Shown: positions 23,817-33,152, counted from the first letter of the stretch. The stretch is DNA of 42,970 nt from Firmicutes bacterium UBA4981 (GCA_002398515.1 DGZL01000138.1:12302-55271), one strand, 5' to 3'. A program made the numbers and translations. The notes: a model not told the origin generated them from the letters alone.

Positions 23817-24580
23817 AGGATGCTCCTAACGAGCGCCTACAACCTATCAAAGCCCTCGAAGAACTGGCGCGGGGCTTGGAGAGGGGAGATCAGGATCCTT
23901 CGTCAGTCTCCGCTCGGAATGCTCTCGAGGAGACAATCTCAGAGATAGAGCGCATCATGGGGAAGCCTGACCTGGATTACATCGGAGATTTTCTCTCAGC
24001 GGCCAGTGCTGTCATAAAGGCAAAGGCAGAAAAGCTATTACCCCCGGAAGAACATGAAACCGGTGAAATTGAGGATACCGGCGAGAGAGAAGAAGAATCC
24101 TCATCATTGGACCTGGAGAGGGAATGGTCTAACGAAGCCCTTTTAGCGCACCTCATGGAATACCGGGTGTTTCAGGATGCAGTTGAGGAATTGGCCAGGC
24201 GCGATGCAGCCTGGCGCGGTGTATTTCCGAGAGGCCGTCCCATTGAAACAAACGATGACGTGTCTCTCGCGTCCACTGAAATAGGACTTGCGCATCTTCT
24301 CTCCGCTCTAAAGGATATTCTGGAAGATGCGCCTCGTGAAGAGTTTTCTCATGTCCCCCAAGATGAGCTCTTTCTCGAAAGAAGTATGGATCACATCCGC
24401 TCGTGTATTCGAGAGAAAACTAAAGTAGCTTTCTTTGAACTTTTCCTGAGGCCTGTCACGCGCTCTAACGTGATAGGGGTTTTTCTTGCTCTTCTTGAGC
24501 TGATTCGTCTTAGAGAGGTGGTCGTTCAGCAGGATCGGCATTTTGGTGAGATCATGATAGCCTTTGTGCCGGGGGGATAA
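23813..24580 (+). CDS. scpA: segregation and condensation protein A (kleisin) with a divergent N-terminus
   Basis: Contains GDFLSAASAVIKAKAEKLLP, an acidic linker, and the C-terminal winged helix VIGVFLALLELIRLREVVVQQDRHFGEIMI. It is followed by scpB. TTG overlaps the trpS TGA (TTGA). Confidence 0.75.
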   Translation: MKDAPNERLQPIKALEELARGLERGDQDPSSVSARNALEETISEIERIMGKPDLDYIGDFLSAASAVIKAKAEKLLPPEEHETGEIEDTGEREEESSSLDLEREWSNEALLAHLMEYRVFQDAVEELARRDAAWRGVFPRGRPIETNDDVSLASTEIGLAHLLSALKDILEDAPREEFSHVPQDELFLERSMDHIRSCIREKTKVAFFELFLRPVTRSNVIGVFLALLELIRLREVVVQQDRHFGEIMIAFVPGG

Positions 24581-24584
24581 GCCT

Positions 24585-25127
24585 ATGAATTACACTGAGG
24601 CAAGAGCGATAGTTGAGGCATTGATCTTCGCGTCACCCGGTCCGATTTCTCAAAAGCGCATAGGGGAGCTCATGGATTTAACTTCTCGAACAATAGAATC
24701 CATAGTAAAAGACATCCAGGATAAGTACAGGCGAGACAAATCAGGCATTCAAATAGTCTTTGTAGCAGGCGGTTATGAGATGGCTACAAGGCCTGAGTTT
24801 GCTGACTATGTGTCCAGACTCAACGTAGAAGTCAGACAGAGCCTGTCACGCCCTGCCCTGGAGACACTGGCCATAATTGCGTATAGACAGCCAATTACCA
24901 GGCCGGAGTTGGAAAATATCCGCGGTGTCAGAGTGGACAGTGTTCTCAACACACTTATGGAGCGACACCTAATTCGTGTGTCCGGTAGAAAAAAAGCGCC
25001 TGGCCGTCCTGCATTGTATTCTACTACATCAGCATTTCTTCAATGGTTTGGCCTCTCGTCCCTCGATGAGCTTCCGCCTCTTGCGCAAGCTTCCGGTTCT
25101 CTCCTGGGAATATTGGGTTCTCGGTAG
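24585..25127 (+). CDS. scpB: segregation and condensation protein B
   Basis: Contains IVEALIFASPGPIS...I, GGYEMATRPEF, LSRPALETLAIIAYRQPITRPELE.IRGV and GRPALYSTT..FL..FGL. ATG 24585 follows GGGGGGA. Confidence 0.85.
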   Translation: MNYTEARAIVEALIFASPGPISQKRIGELMDLTSRTIESIVKDIQDKYRRDKSGIQIVFVAGGYEMATRPEFADYVSRLNVEVRQSLSRPALETLAIIAYRQPITRPELENIRGVRVDSVLNTLMERHLIRVSGRKKAPGRPALYSTTSAFLQWFGLSSLDELPPLAQASGSLLGILGSR

Positions 25128-25167
25128 GGAAAAATATCATTATGATCTATCGGAGTGAGATCTTTGT

Positions 25168-25827
25168 ATGAAATGGGTTTTTCCGTTTCTCACTCTCAGT
25201 GTGGCAGCATTGGTTTTGGCTGTGTTCTCTACGCCTGTACATGTCCGCATACAACTCGCCCTCAATCGAAGGCAGACATTTGCCAGAGTCAGCTTCGGGA
25301 TCATAAACGGATTGATATGGTTCACTGTATATAGGGCTCATAACACGGCAGAATCAGAAGAACGCGGTCAAGGAGAACTGATAATCAGATCCCTTGAGGA
25401 GCTCATCAGGCATCCTGAAAACACTTATGAGCTTCTTGGCCGATTTATGGGTAGGACAGATAAGAGTGGGCCTCAGCAAGATGTCCCTGAAGATACGCGC
25501 GGAAAACCTGAAACACCAAGGGATAGATTTGCAAGACCCATAATTATGCAGGCTCTCAAGAGAGGTCTGACTCTACTCCGCTTTCGAGTCCGACTGGTTT
25601 TTGGGGCCGGGGATGCGGCGACTACCGGTATCGCTGTGGGGTTAATCCACACTCTGCTAGGCACCGCCATGGCTGTGTTTGCGACGAGACTGAGATTTCC
25701 CAATGATCTTCCGGAAATCACCGTCGTACCTTGTTACAGTCAAGTCTGTGTTGACATGGAGCTCGATAGTATTGTTGTATCCAGGCCGGGCCATGTTGTT
25801 TTCCCGGCGGTCTTTGGGCAAAACTAG
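25168..25827 (+). CDS. YtfI-like (DUF2953) sporulation-associated membrane protein
   Basis: N-terminal TM segment, size of ~220 aa, and position directly upstream of a ytfJ/gerW homologue. Called by synteny and weak resemblance only. Confidence 0.45.
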   Translation: MKWVFPFLTLSVAALVLAVFSTPVHVRIQLALNRRQTFARVSFGIINGLIWFTVYRAHNTAESEERGQGELIIRSLEELIRHPENTYELLGRFMGRTDKSGPQQDVPEDTRGKPETPRDRFARPIIMQALKRGLTLLRFRVRLVFGAGDAATTGIAVGLIHTLLGTAMAVFATRLRFPNDLPEITVVPCYSQVCVDMELDSIVVSRPGHVVFPAVFGQN

Positions 25828-25863
25828 CGGTAGGCGCAGCCTTGTTTGAAAGGAGAAATGGAC

Positions 25864-26319
25864 ATGGCGGATCACCCAATTGATGTCTTGATGAAGACAA
25901 CCATGGACAACATAAAGGAAATGATTGACGTCAACACAATCTTAGGAGATCCGGTCGAGACTTCGGACGGAACGGTAATCTTGCCCGTATCCCGAGTAGC
26001 CGTGGGGTTTGCAGCAGGTGGCAGTGAGTTTGCAACTTCAAAGGAAGGACAGGAGGGGAAAGCGCTGTCGGAGGAGACCACCACAGACGGGGCGGGGTTC
26101 CCGTTTGGGGGAGGCGCAGGTGTAGGACTGACCCTCTCGCCGGTGGCATTTCTTGTGGTCAGTATGGGCCAAGTCAGGGTTATGCCTGTGGAGGGCATTG
26201 GCCCGCTGGAGAAGCTGATTGACTTCGTGCCGTCCTTCTTGGCCAAGGGAGCTCCGGGTGGGAAACAGAGCACAGGGAATATTGCCTGTAAACCAAATGT
26301 ACAAAGGGATGCTCACTGA
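25864..26319 (+). CDS. ytfJ: GerW/YtfJ-family sporulation protein
   Basis: HPIDVLMKTTMDNIKEMIDVNTILGDPVETSDGTVILPVSRVAVGFAAGGSEF is the YtfJ signature region. ATG 25864 lies 7 nt after AGGAGA. Confidence 0.75.
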   Translation: MADHPIDVLMKTTMDNIKEMIDVNTILGDPVETSDGTVILPVSRVAVGFAAGGSEFATSKEGQEGKALSEETTTDGAGFPFGGGAGVGLTLSPVAFLVVSMGQVRVMPVEGIGPLEKLIDFVPSFLAKGAPGGKQSTGNIACKPNVQRDAH

Positions 26320-26345
26320 CATTGCCAAGCCTTGCGAATGTCAGG

Positions 26346-26374
26346 TTGCATTGGCATGAGTAATGTCGTAAGAT
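26346..26374 (+). promoter_or_regulatory. sigma-A-type promoter candidate upstream of ktrA
   Basis: TTGCAT (26346-26351), then 17 nt, then TAAGAT (26369-26374). Confidence 0.4.
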
Positions 26375-26442
26375 CGTCTGGAACATAAGGTTACCATAGG
26401 TGGTATTCTCAACCAACGGATAACGTCTTTGTGGGAGATGGT

Positions 26443-27099
26443 ATGATGCGGCAGTATGCAGTCATCGGCCTGGGGAAGTTCGGCGCGAGTGTTGCCTGTA
26501 CTCTGGCAAGACTGGGACATCAAGTGCTGGCTGTCGATATCGATGAAGACAAGGTTCAGCGGGTGGCTGACGAAGTCACCCATGCAGTTCAGGCAGATGC
26601 GACAGATGAAGACATTCTCAGGGCACTCGGTATCCGCAATTTTGACACGGTCATAGTCACCATCGGCCATGATGTGTTGTCCAGCATACTTACATGCTTG
26701 ATCCTTAAAGACCTGGGGGTGGATTACGTTGTCGGAAAAGCCACTGACGAACTCCACGGCAAGCTGCTTGAGAAACTCGGGGTAGAAAAGGTGGTCTACC
26801 CCGAACGGGATATGGGTGCAAGGTTGGCCGCCACCCTTACGTCTTCAAATATCCTTGAGATTATTGAACTTTCCCCGGAATACGGTGTGGTTGAGATCGC
26901 AGCTTCCTCCGGGCTGATTGGTAGGACTCTGCGTGAGTTGGATCTGCGTGCCAAATTCGGTGTGAACATTGTTGCGATTCGCGGCGCTGACAACGAAGTC
27001 AAAGTATCACCCGGGCCTGATGACGTCATTGGGAAAGGCGATGTCCTGTTAGCTCTCGGCACTACAGAGAGTCTGGGCAGGTTGGAGAACTTGAAGTAG
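26443..27099 (+). CDS. ktrA: TrkA/KtrA-family potassium uptake regulatory protein (RCK_N + RCK_C)
   Basis: YAVIGLGKFGASVACTLARLGHQVLAVDIDEDKV is the Rossmann GxGxxG motif. The RCK_C part reads L.ELDLRAKFGVNIVAIRG. Two adjacent ATGs lie at 26443 and 26446. Confidence 0.8.
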   Translation: MMRQYAVIGLGKFGASVACTLARLGHQVLAVDIDEDKVQRVADEVTHAVQADATDEDILRALGIRNFDTVIVTIGHDVLSSILTCLILKDLGVDYVVGKATDELHGKLLEKLGVEKVVYPERDMGARLAATLTSSNILEIIELSPEYGVVEIAASSGLIGRTLRELDLRAKFGVNIVAIRGADNEVKVSPGPDDVIGKGDVLLALGTTESLGRLENLK

Positions 27100-27110
27100 T
27101 GTTGTCTTGA

Positions 27111-27884
27111 TTGGTGGTTTTTCGAGTGGAGAGGCTTCAGAAGATTCTTGCAAATGCCGGCGTTGCTTCACGTAGGGCGAGCGCAGAAGTTATCAAGGAA
27201 GGCCGCGTTACTGTTGACGGGAAAGTCATACTCGAGCCGGGCGCGAAATTCGATTGCTCCGCATGTGAGATAAGAGTCGACGGTAAAGCTGTCAATGCCC
27301 ATGATAAGAAAATATATATCATGCTCAATAAACCTAAAGGGTACATTTCTACGGTCTGCGATCCTAGGGGGCGCAGAACAATACTGGACCTTGTTTCACC
27401 TATGGGCACACGGCTTTTCCCCGTAGGCAGACTTGACCGGGATACTGAGGGATTGCTCCTCTTAACAAACGACGGCCATGCGACTCATGTCTTGACTCAT
27501 CCTAGATTCAGAATATATAAGACGTATCTAGCCGTTGTCAACGGTGTGCCCGATGAAGACAGGCTGAATCTATTACGTAACGGGGTGAGATTGCCGTCCG
27601 GGCACATATCGTCCCCGGCCGCTGTGAGGCTGATTACGGCGTCCGGAAACTGCGCTTTGGTGGAAATCAAGATTGGCGAAGGCAGGAAACGCCAGGTTCG
27701 TGAGATGTTTGATTCCATCGGACATCCGGTCCAAAGTCTCACAAGGACTCATCTTGGCGAATTAGATATCGGAGATTTGAAAGTCGGTTCATGGAGACAC
27801 CTTACTGCAGCGGAAGAGGACTGGATCCGGAAGGTGGCAGCAAGGTCGGGAGAAGGGGTAGGGTCTTGCAAAAGGACATCATAG
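27111..27884 (+). CDS. rluB: pseudouridine synthase, RsuA/RluB family
   Basis: S4 domain RLQKILANAGVASRRASAEVIKEGRVTVDG. Contains NKPKGYIST and the catalytic Asp motif PVGRLDRDTEGLLLLTNDG. Confidence 0.85.
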   Translation: MVVFRVERLQKILANAGVASRRASAEVIKEGRVTVDGKVILEPGAKFDCSACEIRVDGKAVNAHDKKIYIMLNKPKGYISTVCDPRGRRTILDLVSPMGTRLFPVGRLDRDTEGLLLLTNDGHATHVLTHPRFRIYKTYLAVVNGVPDEDRLNLLRNGVRLPSGHISSPAAVRLITASGNCALVEIKIGEGRKRQVREMFDSIGHPVQSLTRTHLGELDIGDLKVGSWRHLTAAEEDWIRKVAARSGEGVGSCKRTS

Positions 27885-29125
27885 TGGTAGGGGCTGGGCC
27901 TGCAGGTTTGATGGCTGGAGGAAGAGCTGCATCGCTAGGGGCGACCGTGGCTCTTCTGGAGAAAAATAGCCGGCCCGGCCGGAAGCTTCTTATCACGGGG
28001 AAAGGCAGATGCAACTTTACTAATGATACAGACGTGGACGGACTCATAGCCGGTATGCCGGGTAACGGGAAGTTTCTATATTCAGCTTTCTCACGATTCG
28101 ACTCTCATGACCTCCGAGAGTTTTTTCGGGAACTTGGAGTGGAGAGCAAAACAGAAAGAGGCAAAAGGGTGTTTCCTGCGTCGGGAATATCCAAGGATGT
28201 GCTGCGAGCTCTGGTGATGTATATAACGAAGAGCGGGGCGAGGCTGAAGTGTAACTCCAAGGTGAAAGAAGTCGTTGTTTCAGGCAAAAGAGTGCAGGGA
28301 GTCGTATTTAGCGTAGGTAACGGGGAAGCTGAATTTGTACCGTGTGACGCAGTGGTAATCGCCACCGGGGGAATCACCTACGCTGCCACAGGTTCTACAG
28401 GCGATGGCTTCAGAATAGTCAAAGAGCTGGGACACACTATCGTCCAACCCAGAGCGTCTTTGATCCCCCTGGAGACAGTTGAGTCATGGCCACGAGAGGT
28501 GGCAGGGTTGACCTTACGCAATGTGCAGGCAACATTGACGGTAGACGGGTGTAAGGCCGGGTCGGAATTCGGGGAAATGCTGTTTACTCACTTTGGGGTC
28601 TCCGGTCCTATCATCTTGTCATTATCACGGGCAGCGGCGTCCGCCATGGTTCACGCAAAGCCTGGAATTACGCTGACAATCGACATGAAACCCGCACTCT
28701 CCCGTGAGCAGCTGGATGCCAGAATCTTGCGGGATTTTGAGAAACACGGAGGGCAAACCATACTAAATTCCCTGGCTGACCTTATGCCTCGACATTTGAT
28801 CGACGTAATTTTGCAGGAAGCCGGCGTGTCCGCCTCGAAACACATATCTCAGGTCACCAGGGAGGAACGACTTCTAATAGGCAAGACTCTGAAGGAACTT
28901 GCATTACACATAACTGGATTAAGACCGGACGATGAGGGGATTGTCACCGCAGGCGGGGTAGCCGTGGATGAAATCGATCCTCGCAGAATGGAATCCAAGC
29001 TTGTCCAGGGATTATACTTCGCAGGAGAAGTCATTGACATCGATGGTATGACCGGTGGATTCAATTTGCAGGCTGCTTTCTCCACAGGTTACGTTGCAGG
29101 GCAAAGCTGGGCTGAAGGAAGGTAG
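27866..29125 (+). CDS. NAD(P)/FAD-dependent oxidoreductase, HI0933/YhiN/BaiN-like flavoprotein family
   Basis: Contains DIIVVGAGPAGLMAG..A...GA.V.LLEKN...GRKLLITGKGRCNFTN, and C-terminal GLYFAGEVIDIDGMTGGFNLQAAFSTG. TTG 27866 is the favoured start; the longest ORF starts at 27791, inside rluB. Confidence 0.8.
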   Translation: MQKDIIVVGAGPAGLMAGGRAASLGATVALLEKNSRPGRKLLITGKGRCNFTNDTDVDGLIAGMPGNGKFLYSAFSRFDSHDLREFFRELGVESKTERGKRVFPASGISKDVLRALVMYITKSGARLKCNSKVKEVVVSGKRVQGVVFSVGNGEAEFVPCDAVVIATGGITYAATGSTGDGFRIVKELGHTIVQPRASLIPLETVESWPREVAGLTLRNVQATLTVDGCKAGSEFGEMLFTHFGVSGPIILSLSRAAASAMVHAKPGITLTIDMKPALSREQLDARILRDFEKHGGQTILNSLADLMPRHLIDVILQEAGVSASKHISQVTREERLLIGKTLKELALHITGLRPDDEGIVTAGGVAVDEIDPRRMESKLVQGLYFAGEVIDIDGMTGGFNLQAAFSTGYVAGQSWAEGR

Positions 29126-29136
29126 AGAAAGGCTGT

Positions 29137-29355
29137 ATGAGTTCAGTGTCTGGTGAAGGCAGCGAAGGTGTGGACAGACTGCTATGTTTCCTTGAGAGGG
29201 TGTTCGGCATAGCATTATGCCTGTTTCTGGCCTTGACAGTCTTGGGGCAGGTTATTCTTGGCACGCCGGAAGGAAGATCCGGCTTCAGTAGGGCTGAACG
29301 CCTGGAGGGCATTAGGCTGAATGTAGATACTCGCACCGAAGATAATTCCCACTGA
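29137..29355 (+). CDS. small membrane protein, possibly YpfB-like (precedes cmk as ypfB does in Bacillus)
   Basis: 72 aa with one TM segment (VFGIALCLFLALTVLGQVIL). A weak RBS (AGAGAAAGG) is present. Called mainly from position. Confidence 0.35.
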   Translation: MSSVSGEGSEGVDRLLCFLERVFGIALCLFLALTVLGQVILGTPEGRSGFSRAERLEGIRLNVDTRTEDNSH

Positions 29356-29423
29356 GTATCTTGACAAGTATATGCACCAGGTATATTGAGGAGAGATTTA
29401 TTGAGGGAGAAGAGGAATCTGCG

Positions 29424-30185
29424 ATGTATACGTCGAATAGCATAAAAGCGAGTAAAAACAATATAGGTCCGGTCATTGCGATTGACGGGCCTGCAGGCGC
29501 AGGGAAGAGCACAGTAGCAAAGGCTGTAGCAGAAATGTTCGGTATGGCTTATGTCAGCACAGGCCTTATTTACCGGGCTCTGACCCTCAAGGCAATACTC
29601 CTCGGAGTAGATGTCCAAGAAACCGAATCCATAGTCACACTGGCCAAGACCACCGAAGTTGCTGTCATACCCGATGGCGGAGAGTGCCGTGTTCTCCTTG
29701 ACGGTGAAGATGTGACGGTGGGACTGACATGCCCTCAGGTGGGCGCTTGTGTATCGCAAGTAGCCGAGATTCCTGAAGTGAGGGCTGCTCTTTTGGATAT
29801 ACAACGAGCCATAGCCAATAGGGGCTGTGTAGTGATGGACGGAAGGGATATCGGAACAGTAGTTGTGCCTGACGCGGATGTGAAGATATTCCTTGTGGCA
29901 GATCTTGATGAGCGCGTGCGTAGACGGGTAATTCAGGCCCGTGAGCGAGGATATGACGTGGTAGAAGAGACTATTATCAGTGAAATAATGCATAGAGACA
30001 AGATTGACAGTGGGCGGAGAGTAGCCCCCCTTAAACCGGCGCCTGATTCTATTACCATCGACACCACGGGAAAAACCCCTGAAGAAACCATTATGGAAGT
30101 GGCAGGTGTCATTTACGAGATACTTAGTAAGGATAGGATTAAGAACGCGTCAGGAGGCAAGGGGGAAACGCCTTGTTTTACGTGA
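29424..30185 (+). CDS. cmk: cytidylate kinase
   Basis: Contains VIAIDGPAGAGKSTVAK (P-loop), YVSTGLIYRA and VMDGRDIGTVV.PDA..K.FL.A....R..RR. ATG 29424 follows GGGAGAAGAGGAA. Confidence 0.9.
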   Translation: MYTSNSIKASKNNIGPVIAIDGPAGAGKSTVAKAVAEMFGMAYVSTGLIYRALTLKAILLGVDVQETESIVTLAKTTEVAVIPDGGECRVLLDGEDVTVGLTCPQVGACVSQVAEIPEVRAALLDIQRAIANRGCVVMDGRDIGTVVVPDADVKIFLVADLDERVRRRVIQARERGYDVVEETIISEIMHRDKIDSGRRVAPLKPAPDSITIDTTGKTPEETIMEVAGVIYEILSKDRIKNASGGKGETPCFT

Positions 30186-30796
30186 TCATTAGGGCAATTC
30201 TCAGATTCGTCATGAGAATTGCCTTTCGCATGCAAGTAGAAGGTAAAGATAACGTTCCGAGCGAAGGAGGCGTGCTCCTGGCGGCGAATCACTTAAGTAT
30301 GCTCGATCCTATAGTAGTAGGATGCGCCATAGACCGGCCTGTTCGATTCATGGCAAAACGCGAGCTGTTTGACAATCCTTTTCTGGGAATGATAGCTCGT
30401 AGCCTGGGCGCTTTTCCCGTACGCCGCGGAAAAGACGACAAGGACGCATTTCATAGAGCTCTCGAAGTGCTGAGAGACGGCGAAGTTTTGGGAATATTTC
30501 CTGAAGGGACCAGAAGCCTCGATGGTAGGCTGCAGAAAGCATATTCCGGGGCAGCGGTTTTGGCAGAGAAGACCGGCGCTTATTTGGTGCCTGTAGGGAT
30601 CATTGGCACAGGCAAAGTAATGCAGAAGGGCGCTGCCCTTCCTAAAGCGGGACGTATTGGTGTGAGATTCGGTAAGCCTATTATTCCAGCTGAGGTGTGC
30701 TCGATGATTCCTCCGAACCAGTCCTCCTTCAGGCCTAAAGAAGCCATCACGAATCTTATGATGGAAGAGATTCAGAGGTTGGTCATGAGCTTTTAA
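30173..30796 (+). CDS. plsC: 1-acyl-sn-glycerol-3-phosphate acyltransferase
   Basis: Contains the NHLSMLD (HX4D) and FPEGTRS motifs. TTG overlaps the cmk end by 13 nt. Confidence 0.85.
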   Translation: MFYVIIRAILRFVMRIAFRMQVEGKDNVPSEGGVLLAANHLSMLDPIVVGCAIDRPVRFMAKRELFDNPFLGMIARSLGAFPVRRGKDDKDAFHRALEVLRDGEVLGIFPEGTRSLDGRLQKAYSGAAVLAEKTGAYLVPVGIIGTGKVMQKGAALPKAGRIGVRFGKPIIPAEVCSMIPPNQSSFRPKEAITNLMMEEIQRLVMSF

Positions 30797-30858
30797 GAAT
30801 CCTCAGGTTAAGTTTAGTGTGATGTTGGGAGATAATAGGGAAGAAGGTAGAACGGGTA

Positions 30859-33090
30859 TTGCAGGTTGTAATTGGTGAACACAGCGGGTTTTGCTTTGGG
30901 GTTAAGCGAGCGGTTGAAATTGCTGAAGAGACAGGCAGTCAAGGTGTCGCCTTCACCCTCGGCCCCTTGGTTCATAATCCTCAGGTTGTCGCCAAGCTGG
31001 AAGAAACAGGGGTTATCCCGATATCGGATTTGAATGAAATCTCAGATGGTTATATGATAGTGCCGTCGCATGGACTACCACCTGACGTCATTGATGAAGC
31101 GCATACACGAGGGCTAAGAGTTGTTCATGCCACTTGTCCGTATGTCAGGCGCGCACAAGAGCGGGCCGCTGAGTTGAACCGTAAGGGTTATCAGGTGTTT
31201 ATAGTTGGTGACGAAGGACACAAAGAAGTAGTTGGTCTGTTAGGTTGGGCCGGAGATAATGCAAGAGTAGTTATGACCGGTGAAGATGTGGCATCCGGTT
31301 TCGTCGAGCCCAAGGTCGGTGTTGTTTGTCAGACCACCCAGACAGTCGAGGCTTTTCGCCGGGTTCTCGCTGCCCTTGCCTTAAGGGCGAAAGAGCTTAT
31401 GGCCTACAATACGATATGTAATGCTACTTGGAAAAGGCAGGATGCTGCGCGCAAGTTGGCACGATCAGTTGATGCCGTGGTCGTGGTCGGCGGGCGGGCC
31501 AGCGCGAATACGCGAAGGCTTGTAGAAATCTGTGAAGCGGAAGGCGCTAAGGTCTACTGGGTGGAAGGGCCGGGAGACCTAGATACCCTGGACTTTTCAG
31601 GACTCGAAAGGGTGGGGTTAACGGCGGGGGCATCAACGCCGAATTGGGTTATCGAGGAGGTCGTTGAGAGGATGAGCGTACCGGATGAAGGGAAGATAAA
31701 TGAGTTGGGGGTAGAAGAGATTACTGAGGACAGAAGTATTGACGAAATTGAAACCGTTGAGGTAAGTGAAGACGCAATGGAGGAAATTCCCGAGGATTCA
31801 GAAGAATGCGCTGATACTGATAATGAAGGGGAAGACAAGGAAGTTCCAGAAGAGGACTCTGAGACTTCGCAGGTGGACGAAGAGGAGCCTAAAACTTCAC
31901 AGGTGGAAGAAGAGCCGGATGTTACAGGACCTGAAGGGGAGGAGCCAGAGACTGTGGACATGTCGCTCCAGCCGGCACTTGTGGAGGGCGATATAGTGGA
32001 AGGCACTGTTGCCGCAGTCGAACCCGAGCGGGTCCTTGTCGATATTGGACTTAAATCCGAGGGTGTAGTGCCAAGGAATGAGATCTCCAGAAGGCAGGTC
32101 CAGTCTTGCGAAGGTATAGTCAATGTAGGCGACAGGATAGAGGTTTTAGTCGAGAAACTGGAAGATAGTGGAGGCGAGCCTCTTCTGTCCAAGCGGAAGG
32201 CTGATATTGCCAGGGCATGGGATGCAATTTTCGACGCTCTTGATAACGAAGCCATAGTTGAAGGAGAAGTCACGGATGTAGTCAAAGGCGGTATCGTCGT
32301 GGACGTCGGCCTGAGGGGTTTTGTTCCTGCTTCGCATGCAAGCATCCGTCCTATTCAGGATCTCGGCCAGCTTCGAGGGGAGACCCTTCGAATGAAGGTT
32401 CTGGAAGCTGACAGGGACAAGAAGAATGTGGTTCTTTCCGCACGGCAGGCGCAAGAAGAGGAACTGGCTGAAGCCAGGAAACAGGTGCTCGAATCTTTAA
32501 ACGAAGGTATAATCGTGGAAGGCGTTGTTAGGCGTGTCGTCAATTTCGGCGCCTTTGTCGACATAGGCGACGGAGTGGAAGGCCTTCTGCACGTTTCAGA
32601 CATGGCCTGGACCAGAACGGAAGATCCCCGGGACGTAGTCTCGGAGGGAGAACGAATAAGAGTGAAGGTGCTGGCTGTAGACAGGGAGCGCGAGCGGATT
32701 TCATTGGGTCTAAAACAAACCCTTCCGGATCCATGGGATGACGTGACCACAAGGTACCCAGTAGGTAGTATTGTCAAAGGAACAGTCACCAAGACAGTTG
32801 ACTTTGGCGCTTTTGTCCAGTTGGAACCTGGGATTGAAGGCCTTGTGCACATCTCGCAATTAGCTGATAGACGAGTTGAGAAGCCTGATGAAGTGGTCAG
32901 CCCCGGGGATGAGATAGCTGTAAAGGTTATCAGCGTAAGGCCGAGAGACCATCGAATCGGGTTGAGCCTGAAAGAAGCCCAGTCTGAAGAGGAAAAGCGG
33001 GTCTATAAGAAGTATGCTGATAAGTCCGATAGCCAAGCACTCACAATTGGTGATGTCTTTGGCGATATTCTTAAGAACTCACAGGAATAA
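30859..33090 (+). CDS. ispH: bifunctional 4-hydroxy-3-methylbut-2-enyl diphosphate reductase (IspH/LytB) / ribosomal protein S1-like fusion
   Basis: The N-terminal ~275 aa has GFCFGVKRAVEIAEE, HATCPYVRRAQ and ICNATWKRQ, the three Cys-bearing IspH motifs. A ~100-aa acidic linker follows. Four S1 domains follow that (GDIVEGTV..., EGEVTDVVKGGIVVDVG, EGVVRRVVNFGAFVDIG, KGTVTKTVDFGAFVQLE). Confidence 0.9.
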   Translation: MQVVIGEHSGFCFGVKRAVEIAEETGSQGVAFTLGPLVHNPQVVAKLEETGVIPISDLNEISDGYMIVPSHGLPPDVIDEAHTRGLRVVHATCPYVRRAQERAAELNRKGYQVFIVGDEGHKEVVGLLGWAGDNARVVMTGEDVASGFVEPKVGVVCQTTQTVEAFRRVLAALALRAKELMAYNTICNATWKRQDAARKLARSVDAVVVVGGRASANTRRLVEICEAEGAKVYWVEGPGDLDTLDFSGLERVGLTAGASTPNWVIEEVVERMSVPDEGKINELGVEEITEDRSIDEIETVEVSEDAMEEIPEDSEECADTDNEGEDKEVPEEDSETSQVDEEEPKTSQVEEEPDVTGPEGEEPETVDMSLQPALVEGDIVEGTVAAVEPERVLVDIGLKSEGVVPRNEISRRQVQSCEGIVNVGDRIEVLVEKLEDSGGEPLLSKRKADIARAWDAIFDALDNEAIVEGEVTDVVKGGIVVDVGLRGFVPASHASIRPIQDLGQLRGETLRMKVLEADRDKKNVVLSARQAQEEELAEARKQVLESLNEGIIVEGVVRRVVNFGAFVDIGDGVEGLLHVSDMAWTRTEDPRDVVSEGERIRVKVLAVDRERERISLGLKQTLPDPWDDVTTRYPVGSIVKGTVTKTVDFGAFVQLEPGIEGLVHISQLADRRVEKPDEVVSPGDEIAVKVISVRPRDHRIGLSLKEAQSEEEKRVYKKYADKSDSQALTIGDVFGDILKNSQE
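31864..31914 (+). repeat. 30-nt-period direct repeat inside the acidic IspH-S1 linker
   Basis: ACTTCGCAGGTGGACGAAGAG (31864-31884) matches ACTTCACAGGTGGAAGAAGAG (31894-31914) at 19/21. The copies encode TSQVDEE and TSQVEEE. Confidence 0.7.
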
Positions 33091-33152
33091 CGGAGTGTAT
33101 TTGCTCTGAAACGCGTCTCGATTGATACAGGCTTGAATGCCGGTTGACACTG

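Noticed and set aside
26341-26757. 138-aa minus-strand ORF.
   Set aside because: It overlaps the ktrA N-terminal Rossmann domain on the opposite strand, and ktrA is clearly real.
26443-27099. Orphan ktrA/trkA without an adjacent membrane subunit as an anomaly.
   Set aside because: Unlinked Ktr regulatory subunits are normal; for example, B. subtilis ktrC is separate from ktrD.
29061-29993. 310-aa minus-strand ORF, the longest unexplained ORF in the track.
   Set aside because: It is entirely antisense to the end of the flavoprotein gene, the small ORF and cmk. cmk has an unmistakable P-loop and CMP-kinase motifs. The minus-strand translation is Cys/His/Tyr/Arg-rich with no recognisable motif and no RBS, so it is a shadow ORF.
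31554-32345. 263-aa Ser/Thr-rich minus-strand ORF.
   Set aside because: It mirrors the GAA/GAG-rich acidic linker and S1 domains of IspH-S1. It is a low-complexity artefact.
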